From positions 21,826,001 through 21,890,000 of the forward strand of contig NC_045697.1 of the NCBI RefSeq assembly GCF_009834535.1: a stretch of 64,000 nt of DNA, read 5' to 3'. Of this stretch, positions 13,903-28,329 are shown in pieces. The notes below the pieces were generated by a model that saw only the letters and a list, made by a program, of their open reading frames with translations, did no database searches and was not told where the DNA came from. Position numbers and translations under genes: made by a program. The stretch's first letter is position 1, and every line of letters starts with the position of its first letter. The DNA is from Camelus ferus. Lineage: Eukaryota.

Positions 13903-15200
13903 ATTTCAAAAAGACTCTATCAGAAATGGATATTAATTTTTATCAACTGCTTTGTAAACATCCCTAGAGATTTTTTAATGTCACTTCTCCTTCGATCAAT
14001 TTTGTTGATAAACTTAAAACAGTAAATTTCTAATAATAAATTCTACTTCTTATTACTACAATCAATCCCATGTATTTTTTCCTATAGTGTTTCAGATTTT
14101 TATTTGCTAATATTTTAAAATACTTTAGCATTTTTCAAGGGTAAGGCTAGCATATGGTATTTTTCATTTGCATATCATAGTGGAATTTGATACAATGATA
14201 CAACACTTGCTTCTGTAAAAATGATTTGTAGTTTTCCCTATTCTCAACTCCTAAACAGTTTAAGTAGCAATGGGATCTTTTATTTCTGAAAGATTTGAAG
14301 GAAGTCATAGCGGGGCAGAAAGCTCAGGGCATTTTGTGTTCTAATTTTCTTCCAGAATGTTTGGTCAGTTAACTATTCCAGTATTTTCGGAGTCCATTCG
14401 TGAAATTATATTTGATATAAAATATTTCATTTTCTTTAGTTTTTCACAGAGTTTAGAGCTTATCATTTTTTTTCATATATAATTTAATACCACTTTCCCC
14501 CTTATTTTTTCTTGATCGGCTTGGCTATTTTTCATTTTCAAAGAAGCAATGATATTTAAAATGTGATTGTTGTTTTTCAATTCACTAACCACTGTCTTTA
14601 CCTTCACTATGCTCTTTCTGCAGGTTCCTTTGATTTGTTTTGTTGATCATTTTTCTAATTCTTTTAATTGATTTGATAATTCAATCAACTAAATTATTTC
14701 TTTTATTAATATAAATATTTCAGCTAAGGATATCCCTCTGAGGGTTGTTTTACTTAGTTTTCAAAGTTTTAGATATGACATGTTTATTATTGTTTACAAA
14801 CTATATGGCAATTTAGAATTTCTTTTTATTTTTTGCTAGAAAATAATCATTAAGGGTAGTTCGTGTTTTTTAATGTTCATTTTTCTGATGTTCTTATTGT
14901 CTAGGTTTCTTAAAAAGATTTGGTTATTAAAATCTCTATTGTATTGAAGCTTTATAAAGTTCCATGAACCGTTGAAAACAAAGTTCACTCCAGTTTTCAG
15001 GATGCAAATTCAATATGTCTTTTGGATTTATTCATTAATTACATAAAATATATATTTTATAGGGGTTTTTGGTCTACTTTTTAACTGTTATGTTTCTATC
15101 TCTCTTTAAAACATTTTATTAATTATTGTAATAAATTATGATGTAAATTGTAATGAAAGTTAGAACCTTATTGAGAATTACACTCTTATTATGAGACATT
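13520..15200 (-). mobile_element. Highly decayed old L1 (L1ME/M5-like) ORF2 region
   Basis: Antisense L1 remnants such as 'catctgcaaataa' (RT FADD region) and a T-rich strand bias. Confidence 0.6.
13869..13898. repeat. (GT)15 microsatellite
   Basis: Direct reading. Confidence 0.95.
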
Positions 15201-15518
15201 TAGCACAAATTATACTTCCTTTACCTTTCCTCCATGTTCATTTTATTTTTCTTTAGCTAACACTGGACCTCCCCAATTTCTTCAACTCTGCCTTACATGA
15301 AAGTTTCCTCTGAATACAGTCTTATTTGGTAATGCTCTTCTAAAATATGATGTCAAAAATAAAGTAGAATTCTGTATGTTATCTGACAATATAGATTATC
15401 ACAGAATGTTTCCCCTCTTAATTTAGCCACCATGCTTTCACCAAGTCAGGCTAAGACTGCATACAGGCAGCTGCATCTCCTAGGTGGCTCCCAAAGAGCA
15501 TGAATTCAACATGAATTC

Positions 15519-16019
15519 TGTAGGGAAAGGCAATTTCCTAAGTGCAGTTTTTGCATTTCCATTCGGCCACTTAAGAATGGGCCTGAGGCCAGAAACACTT
15601 CTTTACCAAGAGATAAAGAGACCTCACAGCTTGTGCTGAATTTATCACCTTGCGTGGGAACAGCTTTCTCTGTTCAGATTCAACGTGCACTTTGTTTTGC
15701 TTAAGCATGTGCATCATATGGCACCTGGCCAACCCCACTACTATTATCTGTTCTCTGCCAGGAGGGGATCAGATCCTTCTGCTGCAGCACAAGAGGGGCT
15801 CCTATAGGTTAACTGCCCTGTGTTCACTGCTGGTAGGGACCTGGTGGCCAAGGGGGCCAACACCCACTAATGAAGTTAATCTTGCTCTGTTTCTTCTCTA
15901 TGTGAGTAAATCATTGTTCTACCCAATGCTTGACTTACATTGTGTTTTCTTTGGCAACTCCAGTATCAAAACGCAGTGGACAGAAGTGTTCAGACTACTA
16001 CTCCTGATAATTAGCAACA
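15519..16019 (+). mobile_element. Solo LTR, probably ERVL class
   Basis: About 500 bp, GC-richer block with TG...CA termini, AGTAAA polyA-like signal near 15905, and a degenerate 5-bp flank (aattc/gatgc). Confidence 0.65.
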
Positions 16020-17818
16020 GATGCCACTTGCTTGACAAATTCACTAACACCTATTACATTATATTGCTGGTTCCATGGACTTTTCTGTGTATGTTTCCTT
16101 ACATATATTAGGTACTCAAGTCATTGAACAAAAGAATATGTGAATGAACACAGAAGGGACAGATTACAAAATTTACATAATTGAGGTTTTCTACAAAGGG
16201 CAGTATTTATTAATTTTATGTCTGAAGAAAAAAAATTCATTTGAAATTTACTTCAATTAAGTCAGTGAATGTCATTCTTGAAAGTTATGTGTTTATAATT
16301 GCAGTTGCTTACTATAATTATGCAACACTTGCTTTGAGAAAGGACAAGCAGTTTTGAACTCTGTAGCAAATGATACCTGATGTAATGTAAGCAATTTACA
16401 ACTGGGTAACTTTTTAATAGTCTAAGAGCTATAATAAATACTTCAAGTAATGTTTTACCAGTACAGAAATAATTGTCTAATTAGTAATGCACCACTACAA
16501 AATGACAAGAGCTTTATAAAAAAGAATTATGTGCTCCACAATTTGTAGGATAAATTCTGGGGGTTAGAGGAAAGGAAAAGTGATATTATTAATACAGAAC
16601 TTCTACTAAGTAATACATTTAAAATTTCAAATATACTTTAAAATATGTAGAACTGATTATGTGGTGCTACTGTCTTTAAATGTTAATGAAAACACAAAGA
16701 TTTGATTTTTAATTTAGTTGTAAAGCCTACCAGTAAATACATATACAATCTCCATTTACTACTTTTTTGGAATCACATATCTTTAAGCCAAAAGTGATTA
16801 TCACAATGTATTTGGTTGAATTATGAACATACATTATTACTCTTAAATGGCCATTGACAGGAGGAATCCAAGGATGAAAAGTACTACAACAAATTGTTTT
16901 CTATCTTGCTACTATGATTTATTGTCAAGGACTCTTCATCACTTTCTGAAATTTTAATATTTGTTATTTTAATTAGCTCATTCCTCCCACAATAAAACAG
17001 ATCAGGGATCGTGTTTTCATCACTATTCTATCCTTAATAAGTAGATGGACCCTTGACACTTAGAAGAACTCAAAAAATACTGTCCCATGCAAGTATGAAT
17101 ACATAATCATATCAGTTGATTGCTTTTATCCCTGGTAACTTAGCTGACTACATGTTCAGAGACCTTAGGGAATCGTTTTGGCTAGGATGGTTGGAGAAGT
17201 CATCCCTAAAAAGATGATCCTTGAGTAAATCAGAGAAAAAAGAAGGAGCTAGCAATGCAAAGATCTGAGTCAACAGAATTCCAAGCAAAAAGATGTAAAA
17301 GTACTGTCTTTGTAATTAGCTCAGTGTGCCTTATTTTCCCAGTACAGTGCCAAAGACAAATACAAAATTAATTGTAAAACATGGTTCCCGACAAAAAGAA
17401 ATTTCAAGTTTGTAAGGACATGGAGTATCATACGAATAAAGCAGATTTTTTAAAAAATTCATAGATGTGTGTGATATATTCTGAATGCTCTTTTATAAGT
17501 ATAATTACTGTCTTAACAGTTAGCTTCTATTCCTAGTTTCCAACAATTTCTTATGAATGGGTCCTGAATTGTATCAGTTTATTTTTCTGAATATATTGAA
17601 AGAATTATATCATTTTATTATTATTAACATACTGAACTGCATTGATAAATTTTCAAATAGCAAGTCATTCTGGAATTTCTTAATACTACCTTCTTGGTTC
17701 TTGATATAACAGCCTCTTAAAATCACTGAGTTTTGTTGCCTGATACTTGCTTAGGATTTTTGCTTCTAAGTTTGTGAATGAGATTGGTTTGTACTTTTAT
17801 TACCATGACCTTGTCAAG

Positions 17819-17889
17819 TTTATTTTTAGCTGAAATATATTTGATTTACAATGTTGTGTTAGTTCCAGGCATAGAGCAAAATGATTCAG

Positions 17890-17925
<36 letters not shown>

Positions 17926-18845
17926 TCTTTTCTAGATCCTTTTCCATTATAGGTTATTACAAGATACTGATACAGTTCCTTGTGCTGTACAGTAGTAGGT
18001 CTTTGTCACTTACCTATTTTGTGTGTGTGTATAAATATATTTATATATTATTGCTTACATATATATATATATACACATATATATAGCATCTGTTAATCCC
18101 AAACTCCTAATTTATTCCTCCTCTGCTTTTCTTTCCCCTTTGGTAACCAAAAGGCTGTTTTCTATGTCTGTGAGTTGATTTCTGCTTTGTAAATAAGTTC
18201 ATCTGTATCATTATTGTAGATTCCACATATAAATGATATATTTGCTTTTGACTTACTTCGCTTAGTATGATAATCTCTAGTTCCATCCATTTTGCTGCAA
18301 GTGGCATTTTTATTCTTTTCTATGGTTAAATATATACACACACACACACACCATATCTTTATTCATTCCTCTGTTGATGGACACTTCAGTTGTTTCCATG
18401 TCTTGACTATTGCAAATAGTGCTGCTATGAACACTGGGGAGCGTATATCTTTTCCAGTTAGCTTCCCCCTGATAACATGCCCAGGAATGGGACTGCTGGA
18501 TCACATGGCAAGTCTATTTTTAGTTTCTAGGGAGCCTCCACACTTTCTCCTTACTAGTTGCACCAATTTACATTCCCACCAACAGTGTAGGTGGATCCCC
18601 TTTTCTCCACACCCTCTCTAGTATTTACTACTTGTAAACTTTTTGATGATGGCCATTCTGACTGGTGTGAGGTGATACCTCACTGGAGTTTTGATTTGCA
18701 CTTCTCTAATAATTAGCGATGTTAAGCATCTTTTCATGTGGCTGTTGGCCATCTGTATGTATGCCTTCTTTGGGGAAATGTCTATTTAGGTCTTCTGCCC
18801 ATTTTTTTGATTGGGTTGTTTTTCTCTTTTCTGATATTGAGCTGT
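17819..18845 (-). mobile_element. Young 5'-truncated L1 3' end (about 1 kb), containing (GT)16 at 17892-17923
   Basis: 'tttacaatgttgtgttagttccagg', 'cccctttggtaacca', 'cattcccaccaacagtgtagg', 'ggtgtgaggtgatacctca'. Confidence 0.9.
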
Positions 18846-19785
18846 GGTTTCAGGTTTCAGGCATTTGCTAGTTTTATTGGTCTTTACAAAGAACTAACTT
18901 CTTCCTTAGTCACCTCTATCATAGGCTAATTTTACATTTTTATAATATCTGTTCATTTCTGTATTGTTTTATACCTTTTGCTATCTCTGGGTATGATTTA
19001 TTGATTTTTTTCTAACTTTATTTAGTATAGTCTTAGATCACTGACGTTGGCTTTCTTCTTTTTAATTTATGAATTTGTGGCTCTTAATTTTCTCCTCGTG
19101 ATATATAGCTGCATCCTCCAACTTTTGATATGTCAAATTTACTCATTCACATTGTGATGTCTGCTTTAAAACTAAAAGTTATGAGAAATGTGTTATAGTA
19201 ATTCAAATCATCTGTGGGATTTCTAGCTTTCTTTTGTCATGATTCCCATCATAATTCTACTGGTTCTGAAACATATTCTCTATGATTTCACTCATTTGAA
19301 ATTGTTCATACTTGCTTTATGCATCAGCATATGTTCAATTTCAGTAAATTATCTTTGAGCAATCTAAAGAGATCTTTATTCTTCATTTGTCGGGCACAGT
19401 GTTGTTTATATGATAATCAGAGCATGTTTGTTAACTTCATTTTTGTTAAACTTTTCTATATATATTCTAATTTTCAGTCTACTTGTTCTATCTGTACTGG
19501 GAATTATCTGAAAATCTCCAAATATAATTGCGATGTATTTATTTACCTTTGTAGCTCTTGGTTTCATATATGAGGAATCATGTTAATAGGTCCTTAAAAT
19601 TTAGAATTGCTATACGCTTTTCCTATCTCTAAACTTTTAACATTATGAAACATCATTCTTTAAATATTTTACCTTATTCAGATATTAAAAAATTTTCCAA
19701 CTTTCTTCTTTCTTTTAGATAGGATAATGGGAAATACATATGTCATGCAAATGCTAACTTTTATTTTTCTAAGCATGTCTCTTTT

Positions 19786-19861
19786 TTATTGATGTATAGT
19801 CAGTTACTATGTGTCAATTTCTGGTATTCAGCACAATGTCCCAGTCATGCATATACATACA
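19786..19861 (-). mobile_element. Very short young L1 3'-tail insertion
   Basis: 'ttattgatgtatagtcagttac...cccagtcatgcatatacatac'. TSD taagcatgtctctttt (19770-19785) / taaacatgtctctttt (19862-19877), at a TTTT/AA L1 endonuclease site. Confidence 0.85.
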
Positions 19862-21580
19862 TAAACATGTCTCTTTTAAGCATTATATAGCTGTTTTCAA
19901 ATCTGTATAATCTGATGGTCTCGGACATTACAATGCAGTATTTAGGGTACTAACTGATACATACGAGTTTAGAAGTACCATTTTACTATTAGCATTTGTC
20001 TTAATCAATGCTTCTTTCATTATGTGGCAACTTTCAGTGGATTGTTTTTATTCCTTATTTTGGACCCAATTAGCTTTTTGATATACTGTGGAATCTTACA
20101 ATATTCTTACAGTGTTTACTCTAGAAAGTGTAACATAGATCCTTGACTTACTCAAATTTAACCATCTCATTTGTTGGACCATGAAGGGCATAAAAATATT
20201 AATTGTAAATTTTTCTCAGGCTGCATTTAAGATTTTATTTTGTCTTTGTTTTCTAGTAGCTCTACTATGATTTACCTAGGTTTCATGGAAGATCCATTGT
20301 TCCTTCATAATTTCTTGCAGACATTGGTGACTATTAAATTCAAGTACTTTTTTTTTTTAATCAACCTAATTGAGGTATAATTTATTTGGAATAAAATGTG
20401 TCCACTTAAGTTGTGCAATTGCAATAGCATCAACTTTCAGTACAATCTGCTTAGAATTGTGGAGAAAAAGTATCCTTGCCTTTTTCTCTACTCTTAAAGG
20501 GATTTCTCTTTTAACCATCTCTTTGGAGTTACTTGAAAGTTTTACATATATGTTATTCATTAGGTTGATAAAGTTCTCTACTGTTCCTCATTTGCTGATT
20601 TTTTAAATCATGAATGTGTGGATTTTTTTCATCACACAAAAGCACTTTTCAAATGCTTTTTCTTCATATATTGGGATGATCATCTTTTCTTTTACTTTTG
20701 TCTTTAAATATGGTTAAACTGAACAACTTGGGATTTTGTCCTATTTATGAATAGCATTGATGTAATACTAGCCTCTTTGTATTGGAAAACTGACACCGAG
20801 GAAGATGCAACAGGAGAAACCATGGTACCTTTAATTTACAGCTTAGGCTTGGGCTGAGAGGATAGCTCCAGCATCATTCCGGCTACCACTCACTCTCCAC
20901 TCACTCTCCACGCCCTTAAGTAGAGTGTTTATATTGTTCTGGGTTCTGTTATATGGCTTTGAAAAATATTTTTTGTTTTAGCTGATAATTAACTTTGTGA
21001 AACTCAAACTGCAAGTTCTGTCGTGTCTGAAAGCTTTGGATCTCAGTTTAGAATGCTTTCTGTTTACCATGTAGCCAAACAGTAGTAATTAGGTAGACAC
21101 AATGGTAAAGATTATACACTAAATTTGGGATTTACTCTCTCTGGCTTTATTTTTTCTAAAGTTCCCTGTGCACCGTTCTGTGGCCCATATCTGAGGCTCC
21201 TTCCTTTGGTTCCTCAAGTCAAAGATATGGCAAGCTTTTCCTTCAGAGTTTAGTCACCATAAAATGTGAAACTCACACTATGATTGTCACTTGCAAGAAA
21301 ATCTGCCTGTGCCATTTTTTTAAATCTTTAAGTATTTATTTTGATGACTTATTCATTATAAATCTAAACTTTCAAACCAAAAGGAGAATTAAGTTTGGAC
21401 ACGGTTTGAATGGCTTCATAGTCCTAAAGGGTTTTCAATGCTTGATATCTTTCATCAATTTTAGAAAATTCTTTACTATTATCTCTACAAACATTTATTC
21501 TCTCCATTTTCTCAATTATCCCTTTCTGTGACTTGAATTAGACTTTGAAAAACGTTTGGCCTTTTAAGTATATCCTCTGA

Positions 21581-21718
21581 GTAGAGTGACCACGTATCCT
21601 GGTTTGACCAATCAGTCAAAGTTTACACCTATGGATATCAATTACTATCTGTTATCTGAGTGACTAATTTTACCCTCCAAACTCTTCCAGTTTAGAAATT
21701 AAATTGGATTACAATTTA
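21581..21718. mobile_element. hAT-Blackjack MER94-like element
   Basis: Start 'tagagtgaccacgtatcctggtttg' resembles the MER94 terminus; about 135 bp. Confidence 0.6.
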
Positions 21719-23609
21719 ACCTTATGTATTTTTTATCTTTTTGTCTCTTCAAATTTCAGTCTTGATGTTTTTTAGACCCATGTTCCTATTCACAGGCTTC
21801 CTCTCTTTATCTGTGCCTAATCTATTACTTAAATCATTGAGTTAGTTTTTAAATTCAATTACAGTATTTTTCATTGAATATTAATCAAGAATTTACATAT
21901 AGTTCTTAAAGTATTTTATACTTCTATGCCAATATCAGTAATCTTTTAAAATTTTTTCCCTATCTCCATTACTTAGAGTCTCTATAGGTCTCTTTCTATC
22001 ATCTGTTGTTTCACTTGTTTTTCAGTGATGTGTCACTGCCTCCTGGAATGTCTTACTATTTTTAAATGCACACTAGAAAATACTACAAAGATAATTTAAT
22101 GCTGACTTTTTTTTTTCATAAGAGATAACTTATAGCTACCTCTGATAAGTGACTATGCTAAAGAAAATGGCAATCTCAAAATATTCTCATTTGATCATTT
22201 TACAGTGATTCAATTCCGAGTCAATTCCTTTGAGGATCCATCTATTTCCACTTATCCTCACTTCAGAGTTTTAGCCTTTTAGTATTTTTATCCAAAGACT
22301 AGCCAGTTCACCAAGGCTCCTCCTTGGAAATCTCTCAACTCCAAGTATTTAGCTCAGAAAGCCCCCTGAGTTTGCCTATTAAGTTGAACATTTTTTTTCT
22401 GGATGTCTTGGGCCTGAAAAATTAACTTGGAACAATTTAGTAAGAGGACTTTTCTTCATTTTTTTAGGAAATTCCCTAAATTGTCTAAAACATGGTACAC
22501 CTATTTTCAAATTCTTAAATTTCTCCACATAAAGTAGGTAAAAATACACAGATTTGGAGTTTAAAAAAAAAGGAATATTAATTACATTGGATCCACAGAG
22601 TTGACTTCAGTTTACCTTTAAAAGGTAAAGTTACCTAATCTGTATAGTTGATCAAAGGAAAATAATGGTTCATTAGGTCCAACTGTAGGAAAATGAGACA
22701 CCTAGAATTTGTTTCTATTATGTCCCTCACAAGGTTTCCAGTTACAAAACATTTTAAATATGTAATAACTCCAGAAAGATGAAAACAAACAAACCAAAAC
22801 AAAAACAAGGACTTACTTTGGTGACTTCTTAACAATAAAACCTCAAGGATAAAAATACTGTGCAAAGAATGTTAAATTTAAACATCCAGTGATTTAAGAC
22901 TTTAGCAGATTTGATTATTTTAATATTATTCACATCACTTTCATATCATTATATTTTCATATCATTTATATAAGGACTTTGTGACTCATAAGAAAATTAC
23001 TTACTCACATGTGTTCCATAAGCCACCCTATCAAATAAATTTGAAGGTAAACCCACTGTTCCCAACAAGATATTCAGGAATCCCTTGGGTGATCTCATAT
23101 ATACAACAATCACGTAAGTTTCCCAAAACGTTGTTGTTGTCATTCTGTAATTAGGAAAACGCAAAACTTGTTATCAGATCCAAATGAAGATGACCCCTTA
23201 ACTTCTCCAGTACTTTTCATTATTTACACATTTCATTGGGCAATTGCCATACATGATCAACCACCAATGCTTCTTTACATTAGTGGAGATTATGCAGTTC
23301 TGCTGATATTGTGGTAAATTTGCTGCTGCTGGACACTGTGATATTTTGGGGGGCTATATTTGAATTACTACAAGATTTATCAACAGTTATATTCTCTATT
23401 ATTAACATTATCGAATTATCATGCAGAAATTCACTATTCTATCTTCTACACTATAGAAGATGGTATCCATTCTTTCAAACCTACAAAATAATACTTTCAT
23501 AAATCAAGTATAGCCTATATAATGACATCAATTATTGAATTATAGATGGCATAAAATACCACTTAAAACTAGAATCAGATAATTAAAAGGAATAAAAGGA
23601 ATTGAGAAC

Positions 23610-23830
23610 CAATGTTTTTATACAGTGTATAGGTATGCTGGGTATTTACTCTTACCTCAATTAATTCTCATAATCACCAAGTAAAGTAGACATAATACCC
23701 ATTTTATATATGAATATCCTGAGGCTTACAACATTTAAGTAACATGACAGTAATTATGGATAATTGGTAGCAAATCCAATGTTTTAACTCAGGTCCGAAT
23801 GACTCAAAGCCGTGGTTTTCATTTCAAAAG
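23610..23830 (-). mobile_element. MIR
   Basis: 'cccattttatatgaatatcctgaggctt...ttaagtaacatg...tgactcaaagcc'. Confidence 0.7.
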
Positions 23831-26519
23831 CTCTGCTTCACTGAATGATCTGTTTCAGCACTGATATAAATAATCCATGTATCACACATTTTCAAATTAT
23901 TAGCATTCAGTAGAATATGAATATACTGATTACTCCAAACGCATACTGATAATTCAATAGGCAATTTAGGGTTTTACAGAACCTCAGGTTCATCTTTTTA
24001 AACAGAAATAATTAAGACTCATACATACATGTAGGACAGTTCTGACAAAGCTTTCTAATTGTGTCAATTCTATTTAATAGGATTCTGCTTTACCTAGAAA
24101 TGAGTAGCACTACAAACCTCATTTTGAACATTACAAAAGCTCCATGGTTATTGGTACAGAGCTTTGAGGCAGTGACCCAGAGTTCAAAGAAGAAACGTCA
24201 ATAAAACAATGTAACTGATTGACCAGAAAGTATTTAAAATTCCCTGCTATTTCTACAAGGGCCCAATCATACTGAGAACCAGCAGATGGGGGATATTCAC
24301 TGGGCTGATAGCCTTGAACATGGGAGTTAAAGTCACCCATGTGGTTATTTGGAAAACTAAAACTTGCTGCAAATCAACACTGATGGTAAACATTTTGTTC
24401 AACATTAGTTTAGGTTATATTTATTTTTAATACTTTTAGTTTTCTTGGTTCTGTAATTACATACAAGGAAAAATGATTTTAAAATATTTTCATCCAATTT
24501 AAATAACTTGACAAAACTGTTGCTGCATTGATTGATCAAAACGATGGTTTTTCAGTGAGACTGAAAAATAGATCCTATATTCTGTTTTCAACAAAGGAGT
24601 ACCAGTGTCTCCCTGGATTGGCCATGACTTTAGTCCCTTTATAGCAGCTCCTGCCTGACAGGTGTTGCTGTTACCCATTACAATGCTGGCTCTGTCCCTG
24701 GTGTATGTAAGAGGGGAATTTCCAGCTGTTCTTCTAAGGGTATTTCTATTTACTCATATTATATGTAAGACTCTGTGATATGAGGACTGGAGGAAAATAA
24801 ACCTAACAATCAGAGCAAACACCAAGCTGAATCATAAAAGAAAATTCATCTTGTCTTTTTTTTTAATTTCAAATAGCCACTGGCTTATCTAGAAGCACAC
24901 TCAAATCCCTTTGCCCCAGCACAATATGATCCAAATACGCTTAGGCCACTGACCACTCTTTACCAAAAAAAAAAAAAAAAAAAAAGTAGTAGTTTCATAG
25001 ATTCTACACAGGTGACTTATATGCCATTTGTGCTTCTGACCAGCACTACAGACGTCTGAAAACACCACATAGGAAGCTTTACAGTAAATATAGTCAGTTC
25101 TGCAATAAAACCCCACATAATGTTCCCAGAAATCACTGGGCTATGCAAAAATCAAGCCATAAATTCAACTAAGGAGCTTAAGGGTAAGATTTGACTATGA
25201 AACAGCATTCAAAGACTTCATCAGTGACACATTAAAAGAGAAACAACAGAAAAAAAAAAGTAATGGCATTTTACACATGTTAAATGATAAAGAAGTACAT
25301 AAATACTACAATACTACAATTAATATGGTGTTTTCTGCTTCTCACGAAGTGGGAGAAGGTAGCAGGAAGCTGGTCTGAGGTCAGGTGGAGTTGTAATGAT
25401 GTGGATGGTTGTGGTCCGCAGCACAGACAGTGAACTGAAGTAACTGACAGATGTCTGAGGCGTGTGCATGTGTGTGGTCTGTATCTCCTGCCAGGCTCAC
25501 TGCATCTGGGGATGGTTTCCTTTATCATTTAGTGTTTCTCAGGGACAAAACTGCCATAAGTAAGTAAGAAATTAACATTTCACCCAAATTGTTCCCAGTA
25601 CATCAACCACATAGGAATAAGTTTACATTTTCAAAACAAGCGTTAAAGAAGAGCTGACTGTATGTAGCATTGGTTAACTGATCCGTACCCTGCTTGGGAC
25701 TGAGAAATAGAGAAATGAACCCACAACCACATAGAGAACTTTAATGCTGGCAGCAAGTTACTTAAAAACCCTTCAGTGTAAGTAAAGTGACGAGTATGTG
25801 TACATTCACTTTCATCTACACCCAACTGGTAGTTACTATCTGAAGAGTTCAATCAGGAGGAGCTGCTCAGGGTGATTGGTTTTCATTTGAAATACTAAAA
25901 TCTTAAACCCATTTTTGGAAATGTTTACTGCTTCAGATGCCTTTATCAGCAATTAAGCTCACTGCAGAGACTTCGTCCATTGACAGAATAGGTAATAGAG
26001 GTAGTGGTCATTGGTAGAATGTGTAGAAGATGTGAAATAGCAAGAAATACTATAATAGATACCTCCTTCCTTGCAAGAAGAAGGTATAAGAACCAAACAT
26101 GTTAAGCAGGCTAGACTGTAAGATAAAATTTAGCAGTCTGATAGATCCTCTGTCCAGAAAGTTCCAGATAGATTTTATCACCTCATTCACTCATGAAATT
26201 TAGCTAGATTACTGTTACATATAACTTGATGAGGCTTTAAAGAAAGATTTTGCTCAAAAAGACTAAAGGATGAGGAACCTGAGGCTTTATAAAACTGTGT
26301 GTGCTCTAGCTGTTTATGTGTTGTATGAGGGAGAATGAATTTGAGATTTGCCTTAATCTCTATACAGTATTAAGTTTGTGGGAGAAGAACCTATATATAG
26401 CTAGATACATATATACACCAATAGATACATATATACACCAATTTTTATATATATATATATATATATACATATACACACGTATCTTCATAAACAGAAACTT
26501 TTACTTGTAGTCTTATTTG

Positions 26520-26720
26520 CAAAGACTGTCATCGCCTTTCCAAACCCTTTAGTATCCATGATACCATTTTATTGCTTTAGAGGTGCTATGAGATAGGACT
26601 CTTCTCTATTTTACACACGAGGAAACCATGGAAGCACTGGAAGGTCAAATGGCTTGCTTAATGTAACTTAATTAGCCTGAGGCAGAAACAAAACCATTCA
26701 CTGCTTACAGTCTCCTGCTC
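26520..26720 (-). mobile_element. MIR
   Basis: 'attttacacacgaggaaacc...ggtcaaatggcttgc'. Confidence 0.55.
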
Positions 26721-28329
26721 CATCCTTTCAAGGCCTAGCCAGAAATAACACCCATGTTTCTCATGCAGCCTTAGAATTTGAGTTCACCCAGTAAATATTT
26801 TACTTCTAGGTAGTAAGTTAGGATTGGTGGAGTTTCAATTTTTCTTTGTAAAGTTAGGTTTTTATTTTTGTTCAGTGGTGATCAGGATCCATTACCACTA
26901 CTTAAATGACCAAGAAGAATTAAGACCTGTCCCCTAATGACCAACTCGGATCAGAACTACAGGGCACAGATGAACCCATCATATAACCACAAGATGTGTT
27001 TTCTAAATTCCCTGGAGACTCTCTTAATGGAACCCTTCTTTTCATATTCTTACCGCACTACTTAGTCATTTAGCTGAGCTGTAGTGAAATGGACAAGTGA
27101 ATTTTCAGCCCTGATTCTCTCTCTCACACAGTCACACATTTATTCCCAGGGAATAACCTACCCCCTGGGAGTCTCCAGCTGACCGTAAAGTGATTTTTCT
27201 CACACTGAGTTTTCTGTAAATCCAATACAAAGCCCTAAGTTGATGAGTTGGTTTGAGAATACAAATGACACCTGTGGAGCCACGTTCCCGTCTTTGAAAT
27301 GTGTAGAAATTAACTGTAGTTAGTAGATCCAAAATTATAGCTGTCCAGGGCAGGTAAAATATGAGAATGAGTAAAAGGACATGTTTGCAACAGTGCCTTA
27401 TGGCTATATTTAAGACACACTTGGGGATAAAGTTCTCACTCATTCAAGCACATACTCAGTAAATTACTCTAGAAGTAAATTACAGTAAAGTGTTGTACAA
27501 TGGTAAAATTATTGATTTAGTTTGGCTTTTATCCTGAGTTAGATGTGGAAGATCAATTGTTAATATTGTCTTGATCATTTCTAACAGTGCTCAAAGGCAT
27601 ATGAGCAAAGACACATAGTACAGACAAAAACATAAATAAAGAAAAACAAATCGAGGAAAATGGCTCTTTACCCAAATTTCTTTTTCCTTTAGAATTTACC
27701 CTTTGTCATAATCGAATTGCTATGTACTTTCATTTGGGCAACAAGGACATTGTATTAAAGAACACTTTTTCAAGAAATATTATACATTTTAAAACTAAAT
27801 AGGTTTTTAAAAGTTATAGCATCCTGATGAGTCATCTTTTCCTAGCAACAGTGATCTGAATAATAACAAGACAGCTTACTAAATGTATTTCCCAAATGTT
27901 ACATATTGGGTAAAGAAATGAGAATTAAATGTACCCAGAACTACCTCACTCATGTTCTTCTATTTGTTTCCCTCATTTCTTTTTCTTAACTATTGGGGAA
28001 AATCTTAGCAGTTGTACAATAAAGATTCATTTATTTTGGTTTTATCCATTCCACTATTTATCACACCAATTTGAATTGCAACTAGAAGACTAGGGTGAGA
28101 GAAAAAATATACAAAGCAAGGAAAGTTAGCTATCAAGAAATAAAATATAAAAGCAGACCCCTAGAAAAATGGTGAATCCACGCTCCATTCAAGCAGTTGG
28201 CTTGCACCTTCCCTACTTTGGTATCTTTTAAAACTCAATTCTGATCACTCTGCCTAAGTCTAAGGGTGGGTCAATGTGTGAGCTGCATGCTTTGCTGAAG
28301 GGCAATGCCTGCAGTAAGCACAGTTAGTG

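Larger units (their letters stand above)
17480..22400 (-). mobile_element. Mosaic of old antisense L1 fragments hosting younger insertions
   Basis: Continuous T-rich antisense L1-like sequence ('gcttaggatttttgcttcta', 'ttttgatatgtc', 'gaaaattctttactattatctct'). Confidence 0.6.

Noticed and set aside
15650..16111. 153-aa ORF
   Set aside because: Non-ATG start, lies mostly inside a solo LTR, and has no recognisable domain.
22611..22629. 9-bp perfect inverted repeat tttaccttt-a-aaaggtaaa
   Set aside because: Short and AT-rich; plausible by chance or local repair, with no supporting context.
24131..24340. ORF starting MGDFNSHV (APE-endonuclease GDFN-like motif)
   Set aside because: Only a 4-8 residue match; at most an ancient LINE remnant or chance.
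25395..25458. Possible C/D-box snoRNA (ATGATG...CTGA)
   Set aside because: Box C is imperfect, there is no terminal stem, and I recognise no rRNA guide.
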